Source: Lachnospiraceae bacterium UBA5899 (lineage in GTDB: Bacteria > Bacillota > Clostridia > Lachnospirales > Lachnospiraceae). Taken from it: a stretch of DNA of 64,000 nt. The translations under genes were made by a program, and so were the position numbers. Shown in pieces: positions 45,779 through 54,561 of this stretch. Each line of letters starts with the position of its first letter. Position 1 is the first letter of the stretch. The stretch spans positions 20,834-84,833 of the forward strand of contig DJEL01000015.1 in NCBI GenBank assembly GCA_002432425.1. Direction: 5' to 3'. Below the pieces are notes generated by a model. The model was not told where the DNA came from. It searched no databases and saw only the letters and a program-made list of their open reading frames with translations.

Positions 45779-46915
45779 ATGGTACAGATTGATTACAGCA
45801 AAGGATTTATCAACGAAGGCAATGACGAAAGAATGCTTGCCTGCATGGCAAAGGGACTGAAGGGCGAACATCTCACCGTGGCATTTTTAGGCGGTTCCAT
45901 TACCCAGGGTTCTCTTTCCTCCACCCCCGAGCTCTGCTATGCGTATCTTACCTACGAATGGTGGAAGGAGCAGTTCCCCAAATCCGAAATCACCTATGTG
46001 AATGCGGGAATAGGCGGCACCACTTCCCATCTGGGTACGGGCCGTGTGGACGAGGAAGTGCTTTCCCACAAACCGGATTTTGTGATTGTGGAATTTTCCG
46101 TAAACGATGCGGATACCGATGCGCATTTTGAAGAGACCTACGAAGGACTGGTAAGACGCATCTTAAAAAATGAGAAACAGCCGGCGCTTCTTTTAGTGCA
46201 CAATGTCCGTTACGATGACGGCGGCAACGCAGAAGCCATTCACTGTCCCGTGGAAAAACACTACGAGGTACCCGGCGTCAGCATGAAAGCAGCGGTTTAT
46301 CCTTTTATTGCAAGCGGAGAAATCGTAAGAAGGGACATTACTCCCGATGATTTACATCCCAACGATGCCGGGCATAAAATGGTATCCGAACTGATTACTT
46401 CTTATCTGGCAAAGGAAAAGAAGAAAGCAGAAGAGCTTTTGAAAGAGGGCTATGTGTTCCCGGTAAAGGAAACCGTGCTTCCCGCACCGCTTACCGCAAA
46501 CGGATACGAGGCGGCGCACAGATATAGAAACGACGAACTGAAGCCTGTAATCTGCGAAGGTTTTGTAAAGGATGAAACACCCCAGAGCTGCGTAGCGGAT
46601 TGTTTCAAAAAGGGCTTTTCAGCAGCAAAAATAAATGATAGAATTGTCTTTGAAGTGGAAGCTTCTTCCATTGCGGTGCAGTACCGCAAGACCGTACGCA
46701 GACCTGCACCGGTTGCCACTCTTATTTTAGACGGCGACAAAGAACATACCATTGAACTGAATGCCAATTTCGAAGAGGATTGGGGCGACTGCCTGTACTT
46801 ACAGACTGTACTGGAGCATGGGGAGTATGGCAAACACACCGTGGAGATTACAATTTCCGAGACACATGAGGATGACAGGGAAGTGTTCTATCTGGTATCT
46901 TTGATTACGGCGTAA
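45779..46915 (+). CDS. SGNH/GDSL esterase with C-terminal beta-sandwich (CE17-like acetyl-mannan esterase candidate)
   Basis: FLGGSITQGS (Ser), GIGGT and DDLHPNDAGH (Asp/His). The catalytic domain is N-terminal with a roughly 150-aa C-terminal module, the reverse of the CE2 order. Confidence 0.65.
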   Translation: MVQIDYSKGFINEGNDERMLACMAKGLKGEHLTVAFLGGSITQGSLSSTPELCYAYLTYEWWKEQFPKSEITYVNAGIGGTTSHLGTGRVDEEVLSHKPDFVIVEFSVNDADTDAHFEETYEGLVRRILKNEKQPALLLVHNVRYDDGGNAEAIHCPVEKHYEVPGVSMKAAVYPFIASGEIVRRDITPDDLHPNDAGHKMVSELITSYLAKEKKKAEELLKEGYVFPVKETVLPAPLTANGYEAAHRYRNDELKPVICEGFVKDETPQSCVADCFKKGFSAAKINDRIVFEVEASSIAVQYRKTVRRPAPVATLILDGDKEHTIELNANFEEDWGDCLYLQTVLEHGEYGKHTVEITISETHEDDREVFYLVSLITA

Positions 46916-46949
46916 GGGCAAATACTATTTTTAATAAGGAGAGTTAAAC

Positions 46950-49343
46950 ATGAATTACGGTTACTTTGATGAAGTAAATAAGGAGTACGTCATCACCAGA
47001 CCCGATACTCCCGCACCCTGGGCAAACTACCTCGGTTCTCCCGCATACGGTGCCATTATTTCCAACAATGCCGGTGGTTACAGCTTCGTAAAGAGCGGTG
47101 CAAACGGCAGAATTTTAAGATATCATTTCAACAGCGACGATACCCCCGGCAGATACATCTATTTGCGTGATGATGAAACCAGGGATTACTGGTCTGCATC
47201 CTGGCAGCCCGTAGCAAAGTCCCTTGACGTTTACAAGAGCGAATGTCATCACGGTACCGCATACACCAACATGATTGCGGACTACGCAGGCATCCATTCC
47301 GAAGTACTTTACTATGTACCCCTCGGAAAGACCTACGAAGTATGGAGTGCAAAGATTACCAATACTTCCGATAAGGAAAGAAAGATTTCCGCATTCTCCT
47401 ATGCAGAATTCACCAACGAAAGCAACTACGAGCAGGACCAGGTAAACTTACAGTATACCCTGTTCATCACCAGAACCCGTTTCCTCGGCAACAAGATTGT
47501 CCAGAGCATCAACGAGAACGTAGGCAAGGATGCCACAGGCAGCAACCACAGAGAGCGTTTCATCGGTCTTTGCGGCGCACCGGTTACCTCCTACAACGGT
47601 GACAAGGACGCTTTCCTCGGCAGATATCACGGCTATGGCAACCCGGCAGCGGTAGAAAACGGCAAGTGCGACAATGTCTTAAACTACAATGCCAATGCCT
47701 GCGGCGCTCTTCACAGTGCCATTACCTTACAGCCCGGCGAGACCAAGGTCCTGACCTTCGTATTCGGACAGGCAAATGCCGTAGAAGCAGATGCCATCAT
47801 GGCACCTTACAATGACGCTTCCCAGGTAGAAAAGGAACTGGCAGAATTAAAGAATTACTGGCATTCCAAGCTGGAGAACTTCCAGGTAAATACCCCGGAT
47901 GCAGCCTTCAACAGCATGATTAACACCTGGAACGCATACCAGTGCTTCATTACCTTTACCTGGTCCAGAGCAGCGTCCTTCATATACTGCGGACAGCGTA
48001 ACGGTTATGGCTACAGAGATACCGTACAGGATATCCAGGGTATCATCCACTTAGACCCGGAAATGGCTCTTTCCCAGATTCGTTTCATGCTTTCCGCACA
48101 GGTAAACAACGGCGGCGGTCTGCCTCTGGTAAAATATACCCACAATCCCGGTCACGAAGATACTCCCGATGACGAGTCCTATGTAAGAGAGACCGGACAT
48201 CCCGCATACCGTGCGGACGATGCGCTGTGGTTATTCCCCACCGTATGGAAATACGTGGCAGAAACCGGCAACAAGGATTTCATTAACGAAGTTATCCCTT
48301 ATGCAAATAAAGAAGAGGGTACCGTATACGACCACTTAAAGAGAGCCATCCGGTTCTCCATGGAAAGACTCGGCGACCACAAGATGCCCGCAGGTCTGCA
48401 TGCAGACTGGAACGACTGCTTACGTCTGGGCAAGAAGGGTGAGTCCACCTTCGTAGCCATGCAGTTATATTACGCATTCACCGTTATGAAGGGCTTTGCA
48501 AGGGACGCAGATGATACCGAATACATTGCTTATTTGGAAAAGACCCAGAAAGAACTCGGCGACATCATCGAAAAGGAATGCTGGGAAGACGACCGTTACG
48601 TCAGAGGTATCAAGGAAGACGGACAGGTTATCGGCAGCAAGCATGACCCCGAAGCAAACATGTGGTTAAATCCCCAGTCCTGGTCCGTTATCAGCGGTCT
48701 GGCAAGCAAGGAACAGGCTGAAAAGGCACTGGAATCCGTACACAGAGAGTTAAACACCAGGTTCGGCGTACGTCTGATGACACCTCCTTATGTAGACCAT
48801 GCATTTGACGGTGCACAGGCACTCCTGTTCAACCCTTCCACCAAGGAAAACGGCGGTATTTTCTCACAGCCCCAGGGTTGGATTATCTTAGCAGAGTCTC
48901 TTATGGGACACGGCAATCGTGCATTTGAATACTTCACCGAAAGCTCACCCGCATCCCAGAATGACAATGCGGATGTCAGAAGACTGGAGCCGTATGTACA
49001 CGGACAGTTTACCGAAAGTGTGGAATCTCCTTTCGAGGGACGTTCCCACGTACACTGGCTGACCGGTACCGCATCCACCTGTATGGTAGGCTGTGTAGAA
49101 GGTATCTGCGGTATGCGTCCTGACTTAAACGGTCTCTGGGTTTGCCCGGCTATTCCTTCCGAATGGAAAGAAATCACCATGGATAAGGTATTCCGCGGCA
49201 AGAAGCTTCACATCATCGTGAAGAACCCGGACGGCAAAGAAGGCGGCTTTAAGGAATTCTACTTAAACGGCAAGAAGGCAGATAAGCCTTACGTTCCCGC
49301 TGATGAGATGCAGGATGAAAACGAAATTATCTTAGTAATGTAA
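46950..49343 (+). CDS. GH94 cellobiose-phosphorylase family protein
   Basis: N-terminus MNYGYFDEVNKEYVITRPDTPAPWANYLG closely parallels cellobiose phosphorylases. 797 aa. The catalytic-region motif RDTVQD is present. Confidence 0.85.
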   Translation: MNYGYFDEVNKEYVITRPDTPAPWANYLGSPAYGAIISNNAGGYSFVKSGANGRILRYHFNSDDTPGRYIYLRDDETRDYWSASWQPVAKSLDVYKSECHHGTAYTNMIADYAGIHSEVLYYVPLGKTYEVWSAKITNTSDKERKISAFSYAEFTNESNYEQDQVNLQYTLFITRTRFLGNKIVQSINENVGKDATGSNHRERFIGLCGAPVTSYNGDKDAFLGRYHGYGNPAAVENGKCDNVLNYNANACGALHSAITLQPGETKVLTFVFGQANAVEADAIMAPYNDASQVEKELAELKNYWHSKLENFQVNTPDAAFNSMINTWNAYQCFITFTWSRAASFIYCGQRNGYGYRDTVQDIQGIIHLDPEMALSQIRFMLSAQVNNGGGLPLVKYTHNPGHEDTPDDESYVRETGHPAYRADDALWLFPTVWKYVAETGNKDFINEVIPYANKEEGTVYDHLKRAIRFSMERLGDHKMPAGLHADWNDCLRLGKKGESTFVAMQLYYAFTVMKGFARDADDTEYIAYLEKTQKELGDIIEKECWEDDRYVRGIKEDGQVIGSKHDPEANMWLNPQSWSVISGLASKEQAEKALESVHRELNTRFGVRLMTPPYVDHAFDGAQALLFNPSTKENGGIFSQPQGWIILAESLMGHGNRAFEYFTESSPASQNDNADVRRLEPYVHGQFTESVESPFEGRSHVHWLTGTASTCMVGCVEGICGMRPDLNGLWVCPAIPSEWKEITMDKVFRGKKLHIIVKNPDGKEGGFKEFYLNGKKADKPYVPADEMQDENEIILVM

Positions 49344-49377
49344 TTTCCGTCATATATTTCAGCAAGGCTGATACAAA

Positions 49378-49411
49378 AAAATAGGATGCTCCATAGCGGG
49401 CATCCTATTTT
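49378..49411 (+). terminator. intrinsic terminator closing the mannan cluster
   Basis: AAATAGGATGC / GCATCCTATTT stem with a 10-nt loop and flanking A/T runs. Confidence 0.8.
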
Positions 49412-49450
49412 AGAGTAAACAAGGCAGCCGAATGAAACAGGGAGACAGAC

Positions 49451-50131
49451 ATGATTTATTGTGTAGAAGACGATGCCGGTATCCGGGATTTAATGATTTA
49501 TACCTTACAGGCATCCGACTTACAGGCAAAGGGACTGCCGGATGCGGATGCATTCTGGGCAGCCATGGAAAAAGAGAAACCGAAGCTGATTTTACTGGAC
49601 ATCATGCTGCCGGGAGAAGACGGCATTTCCATCTTAAAGAAGCTGAAGGCGCAGAGCACCACAGCAGACATTCCCGTCATAATGGCGACGGCAAAGGGCA
49701 CGGAATACGACAAGGTCATCGGACTTGACCTGGGAGCGGACGACTATCTTGCCAAACCCTTCGGTATGATGGAAATGGTATCCCGGGTAAAGGCGGTGCT
49801 GCGGAGAGCCTACAAGGATGAAAAAACGGATATCGTTGCCGTTGGCAAACTGACCTTAAATCCCCAGACCCATACCGTAAAGGCGGACGGGGAAAAGATT
49901 ATCCTTACCCTGAAAGAGTTTGAACTTTTGCATAAGTTCATGCGGCATCCGGGCAGGGTGTATTCCAGGGAGCAGCTTCTTTCCGATATCTGGGGGGCGG
50001 ATTATGTAGGAGAGACGCGGACCGTGGATGTGCATATCGGCACGCTCCGAACCAAGCTGGGCGAATGCGGCGAGTACATAGATACCGTCAGGGGAGTAGG
50101 GTATCGTCTGGAGGAAAAGAATAATGGCTAA
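49451..50131 (+). CDS. OmpR/PhoB-family response regulator
   Basis: Receiver domain (LILLDIMLPGEDG, phospho-Asp context) plus a winged-helix output domain (LTLKEFELL, VDVHIGTLRTKL, RGVGYRL). Confidence 0.9.
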   Translation: MIYCVEDDAGIRDLMIYTLQASDLQAKGLPDADAFWAAMEKEKPKLILLDIMLPGEDGISILKKLKAQSTTADIPVIMATAKGTEYDKVIGLDLGADDYLAKPFGMMEMVSRVKAVLRRAYKDEKTDIVAVGKLTLNPQTHTVKADGEKIILTLKEFELLHKFMRHPGRVYSREQLLSDIWGADYVGETRTVDVHIGTLRTKLGECGEYIDTVRGVGYRLEEKNNG

Positions 50132-51794
50132 GAGGATATTTCGGACGGTCTGCCTGATATCCCTCTGGGTTTTTGCAGCATCCGTCGTGATTATCATGTG
50201 GGTGCTGTACGACTATTACAGTGAAACCCAGAGGATGCAGTTAAAAAGACAGACGGAACAGGTGGCAGAAGGCGTGGAACTTTGCGGCATGGAGTATCTG
50301 ACGCGCCTTGCCGCCAAGGACTACCGCATTACCTACATTGACAGGGACGGTACGGTGCTTTACGACAACAAATCGGATGCGGCGAAGCTGGAAAACCACA
50401 AGGACAGAGAAGAAGTGGTGCAGGCGATTGAAACAGGCTACGGAGAAAGCACCCGCTTTTCGGAAATTCTGACCCAGAGGCAGATATATGAGGCAAAGAA
50501 ATTATCGGACGGCAGGGTTATCCGGCTTTCGGACACCCAGTATACGGTGTTTACCCTGCTTATGAGCATGATGCAGCCCATTTTAATCGTGGCGCTGATT
50601 ACCATTGTTGCGGCGCTCATCCTGTCCTACCGGGTATCCGCAAGGATTGTAAAGCCCTTAAACGACCCGGATTTGAAAGGTAATCTTACCAAGAACGGCT
50701 ATAAGGAGCTGGCGCCTCTGTTAAACCGTATGGAGAACCAGCAGCGGCAGATTTCCTTTCATACGGCGGAGTTAAAGCGCAAGCAGCTGGAATTTGAGGC
50801 CGCCACCAAAAACATGAAAGAGGGACTTATTCTTTTAAATCCGCAGGGAGTCATTTTAAGCATGAACCGCAGTGCGGCAAATCTTTTGAAAGCCGGCAAG
50901 TATACGGTGGGAAAGGATATCCATACCCTGCAGAATACGGAAAAGCTGACGGAACTTTTAGAGCAGTCTTTACAGGGCGTCCACGTGGAAACCATCTGGG
51001 AAACAGGGGACAGCACCTACCAGTGCAATGCCAGCCCGGTTATTTCGGAAGACGAAGTGACGGCGGTTGCGTTCCTTCTGTTTGATGTGACGGAGAAGGA
51101 AAAAGCGGAGCAGATGCGGCGGGAATTTACCGCCAATGTGTCCCACGAGTTAAAGACGCCTCTGCACTCCATTTCCGGCTGTGCGGAGCTTTTGTGCAAC
51201 GGCATGGTAAAGCAGCAGGATGTGCCTCAGTTCTCCCGGCAGATTTACACGGAGGCGCAGCGTATGATACGGCTTGTGGACGACATTATCAAGCTGTCCC
51301 ATCTGGATGAAGGCGATGAAAGCCTGCAGAAAGAGAGAATCGAGCTGTATGCGCTGGCGGAGGAAACAAAGGAGTCTTTAGAGAAAGCGGCGGAAAAAGC
51401 GCATGTCACCATGCTGCTTACCGGGGAACCGGTATTCATACAGGGTATCCGGCAGCAGGTAAACGGTATTGTTTACAATCTCTGTGACAACGCTATTAAA
51501 TATAATCACGAAAACGGGCATGTCTGGATAACCGTGAAAAAGGAAGGCAATGAAGCCGTCCTGATGGTAGAGGATGACGGCATCGGCATTCCGCCCGAAC
51601 ATCAGGAACGTATTTTTGAGCGTTTTTACCGGGTGGACAAGAGCCATTCCAAGGAAGTGGGAGGTACCGGTCTCGGTCTTTCCATTGTCAAACACGCGGT
51701 GCGCCAGCAGAACGGTAAAATCGAGCTGAAGAGCGAAGTGGGAAAAGGCACACGGATTACTGTCAGATTTTACATAGATTTTACAAATGCCTGA
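50124..51794 (+). CDS. PhoR-like sensor histidine kinase (2 TM, PAS, HisKA, HATPase_c)
   Basis: H-box FTANVSHELKTPL, N-box NLCDNAIKYN, G-boxes DDGIGI and GGTGLGLSI. 8-nt overlap with the regulator gene. Confidence 0.9.
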   Translation: MAKRIFRTVCLISLWVFAASVVIIMWVLYDYYSETQRMQLKRQTEQVAEGVELCGMEYLTRLAAKDYRITYIDRDGTVLYDNKSDAAKLENHKDREEVVQAIETGYGESTRFSEILTQRQIYEAKKLSDGRVIRLSDTQYTVFTLLMSMMQPILIVALITIVAALILSYRVSARIVKPLNDPDLKGNLTKNGYKELAPLLNRMENQQRQISFHTAELKRKQLEFEAATKNMKEGLILLNPQGVILSMNRSAANLLKAGKYTVGKDIHTLQNTEKLTELLEQSLQGVHVETIWETGDSTYQCNASPVISEDEVTAVAFLLFDVTEKEKAEQMRREFTANVSHELKTPLHSISGCAELLCNGMVKQQDVPQFSRQIYTEAQRMIRLVDDIIKLSHLDEGDESLQKERIELYALAEETKESLEKAAEKAHVTMLLTGEPVFIQGIRQQVNGIVYNLCDNAIKYNHENGHVWITVKKEGNEAVLMVEDDGIGIPPEHQERIFERFYRVDKSHSKEVGGTGLGLSIVKHAVRQQNGKIELKSEVGKGTRITVRFYIDFTNA

Positions 51795-51874
51795 TTTTTG
51801 ATTTGATGTTTGTTTTGTATCATGGAACCATACATGGGAGTAACCGTATATGGTTTTTTGATTTCAACAAAAGG

Positions 51875-53641
51875 ATGGATAAACAGATGGATTTTTTTGA
51901 TTTACTGACGATGATCGGAGGTTTGTGTCTTTTCTTATTCGGCATGAACCTGATGGGGCAGGCACTGGAAAGACGTGCCGGGAACAGTTTGAAAATGGTT
52001 CTGGGGAAACTTACCACCGGTAAGGTTGCCGGAATTCTGACGGGTATTGCTGTGACGGCGGTTATCCAGAGTTCTTCGGCAACTACGGTTATGGTAGTCG
52101 GCTTTGTAAATTCCGGACTGATGACTTTAAAGCAGGCCATCAATGTTATCATGGGGGCCAACGTGGGTACCACGGTAACGGCATGGATTTTGAGCCTGGG
52201 CGGCATTTCCGGCGACAGCTTCTTTATCCGGCTCTTAAAGCCGTCTTCCTTTACCCCTGTTCTGGCGCTTATCGGCATCATTCTGCAGATGGCGTCCAAG
52301 GACAGCAAGAAAAAGGACACCGGCATGATTCTACTGGGATTTGCCACCCTGATGTTCGGTATGGAAACCATGACGGGTGCAGTATCCGGTCTGGCGGAAG
52401 TACCGGCGTTCCGTCAGGTGTTTGTACTCTTTAAGAACCCGATTTTAGGTGTGCTGGCAGGTGCGGTGCTGACCGCCATTATCCAGTCCAGCTCCGCTTC
52501 CGTGGGTATTCTGCAGGCGCTTGCCACCACGGGACAGGTGACGAACGGAGCTGCCATTCCCATTATCATGGGACAGAACATCGGTACCTGTATCACCGCC
52601 ATTCTTTCTTCCATCGGCGCAAACAAGAACGCCAAAAGAACGGCGCTTGTCCATCTGTTTTTCAATATTATCGGTACGGTTTTCTGGCTGATTATTTTTG
52701 CCTTTGTGCAGGTATTTATAAAGCCCGCCATTATGAATGAGGTGGCAACCCAGTGGGGCATTGCGGTCTGCCATTCCGCTTTCAATATTCTCTGTATGCT
52801 GCTGTTATGCCCGATGTCCGGATTTCTGGAGAAGCTGGTTATGAAGCTTATTCCCGAAGGAAAGACACCGGAGCATACGGAAGAACTGGACGAAAGACTC
52901 CTTGCCACCCCTTCCGTTGCACTGGAGAGATGCCATGAAGTGACGGTGGACATGGCAAAATGTGCTGTGGATGCCTTGAAGTCCGGTATGGAGTGCTTAA
53001 AGGAATATACACCGGAGCTTGCGGAAAAAACGAGAGAGGAAGAGGACAAAACCGACCATTACGAGGATATGCTGGGCACGTATCTGGTGAAATTAAGCAC
53101 CTATTCCATCAGTGATGCGGACAGCAAGGAGGCGGCTAAACTCTTAAAGCTCATCGGAGACTTTGAAAGAATATCCGACCACGGTGTGAACCTGGTAGAG
53201 TCGGCGGAAGAACTTATAGCGAAGGATTTGACACTGACGGAAAAAGCGAAAAAGGAGCTGCAGGTCATCTGTATGGCTGTGGGAGAAATCCTGGATTTAT
53301 CCCTAAAGGCATTTGTGGACAACGATATGCAGGCAGCCCATGAGGTGGAGCCCCTGGAGCAGGTGATTGACGATCTGAAAGAACAACTCCGCACCAAGCA
53401 TATTCTGCGCTTACAGCAGGGCGAATGCAGCATGGAAGCGGGCTTTGTATGGGCGGATTTACTGACCAACCTGGAGAGAACCTCCGACCACTGTTCCAAT
53501 ATTGCGGGCTGCATCATCGATATGGCGGATAATAATATGAACTTACACGAAACCTTAAAAGAAGTCCGAAAAAACAATCCGGAATTTGATGAGATGCGGG
53601 ATAATTTTGCCGAAAAATACTCCTTTTCAAGTCTTGCCTAA
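51875..53641 (+). CDS. Na+/phosphate cotransporter family protein with C-terminal PhoU-like domain
   Basis: LFGMNLMGQALE and two QSSSA(T/S) repeats are typical of the NptA/YjbB family, with a C-terminal PhoU-type helical region. The start is ambiguous (51875 or 51887); 51803 is unsupported. Confidence 0.85.
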   Translation: MDKQMDFFDLLTMIGGLCLFLFGMNLMGQALERRAGNSLKMVLGKLTTGKVAGILTGIAVTAVIQSSSATTVMVVGFVNSGLMTLKQAINVIMGANVGTTVTAWILSLGGISGDSFFIRLLKPSSFTPVLALIGIILQMASKDSKKKDTGMILLGFATLMFGMETMTGAVSGLAEVPAFRQVFVLFKNPILGVLAGAVLTAIIQSSSASVGILQALATTGQVTNGAAIPIIMGQNIGTCITAILSSIGANKNAKRTALVHLFFNIIGTVFWLIIFAFVQVFIKPAIMNEVATQWGIAVCHSAFNILCMLLLCPMSGFLEKLVMKLIPEGKTPEHTEELDERLLATPSVALERCHEVTVDMAKCAVDALKSGMECLKEYTPELAEKTREEEDKTDHYEDMLGTYLVKLSTYSISDADSKEAAKLLKLIGDFERISDHGVNLVESAEELIAKDLTLTEKAKKELQVICMAVGEILDLSLKAFVDNDMQAAHEVEPLEQVIDDLKEQLRTKHILRLQQGECSMEAGFVWADLLTNLERTSDHCSNIAGCIIDMADNNMNLHETLKEVRKNNPEFDEMRDNFAEKYSFSSLA

Positions 53642-53685
53642 AATGGTACAATAAAAGAATGAAATTTTAGGAGGACAAGTTAATT

Positions 53686-54471
53686 ATGTTTTCACCCTTG
53701 GAGATTGCAACCAATTATGTGGACATAGGCACCAAAAAAGGAAAGATGTCAGCCACAAAGACGTTGCTGCTAGGTATTTTCGCCGGTATGTTTATTGCCT
53801 TCGGCGGCATTGCATCCACGGCGGCTTCCGCAACTCTGGAAGGTTCTATGACAAAGGTCGTAAGCGGTCTGGTATTCCCGGCGGGACTTGCCATGGTACT
53901 GATGGCGGGCAGTGAGCTTTTTACCGGCGACAATCTGGTTATCATTGCGCTGCTGGAGAAAAAAATCCGTTTCCGGGATTTGATGAAGAACTGGGTCTGC
54001 GTATTCTTCGGCAACTTTATCGGCGCCATTTTGGTTACGTTGCTGGTCGTATACGGCCACACACCGGATATGTTCGGCGGCAAGCTGGCGGAGTCCATGG
54101 TAAGCATTGCTTCCGCAAAAGTAAGCCTTACCTTCACGGAAGCCTTTATCCGGGGCATCGGCTGTAATATTTTAGTCTGCATTGCCGTATGGGCATCCTT
54201 TGCATCCGGCGGCGTGGCAGGAAAGCTGCTTATGAGCTTCTGGCCGGTATTCTTATTCGTCATTTGCGGCTTCGAGCACAGCGTTGCCAATATGTATTTC
54301 TGCATGGCGGGCATTTTTACCAAAATGGAATACGGCATAGCGGCAGAGGGGCTGACCCTCGGCAACTTCTTGGTAAAGAACCTGCTTCCTGTAACCCTCG
54401 GAAACATTGTGGGCGGTGCAGTTATCGTAGGCATCGGCTACTGGTTCATCTACTTAAAGAAAAACAAGTAA
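53686..54471 (+). CDS. formate/nitrite transporter (FNT) family channel
   Basis: Six-TM pattern with GSELFTGDN and GFEHSVANM, the FNT signatures. Confidence 0.85.
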   Translation: MFSPLEIATNYVDIGTKKGKMSATKTLLLGIFAGMFIAFGGIASTAASATLEGSMTKVVSGLVFPAGLAMVLMAGSELFTGDNLVIIALLEKKIRFRDLMKNWVCVFFGNFIGAILVTLLVVYGHTPDMFGGKLAESMVSIASAKVSLTFTEAFIRGIGCNILVCIAVWASFASGGVAGKLLMSFWPVFLFVICGFEHSVANMYFCMAGIFTKMEYGIAAEGLTLGNFLVKNLLPVTLGNIVGGAVIVGIGYWFIYLKKNK

Positions 54472-54481
54472 ATACGGACAT

Positions 54482-54519
54482 AAAAAAGAACAGCTCCCGC
54501 GGGAGAGCTGTTCTTTTTT
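54482..54519. terminator. bidirectional intrinsic terminator between convergent FNT and typA
   Basis: GAACAGCTC (54488-54496) pairs perfectly with GAGCTGTTC (54505-54513), with an A-run upstream and a T-run downstream. Confidence 0.8.
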
Positions 54520-54561
54520 ATTCACAGGTACCGGCAGAAGAACTGCCGATACCTGCCCGAT

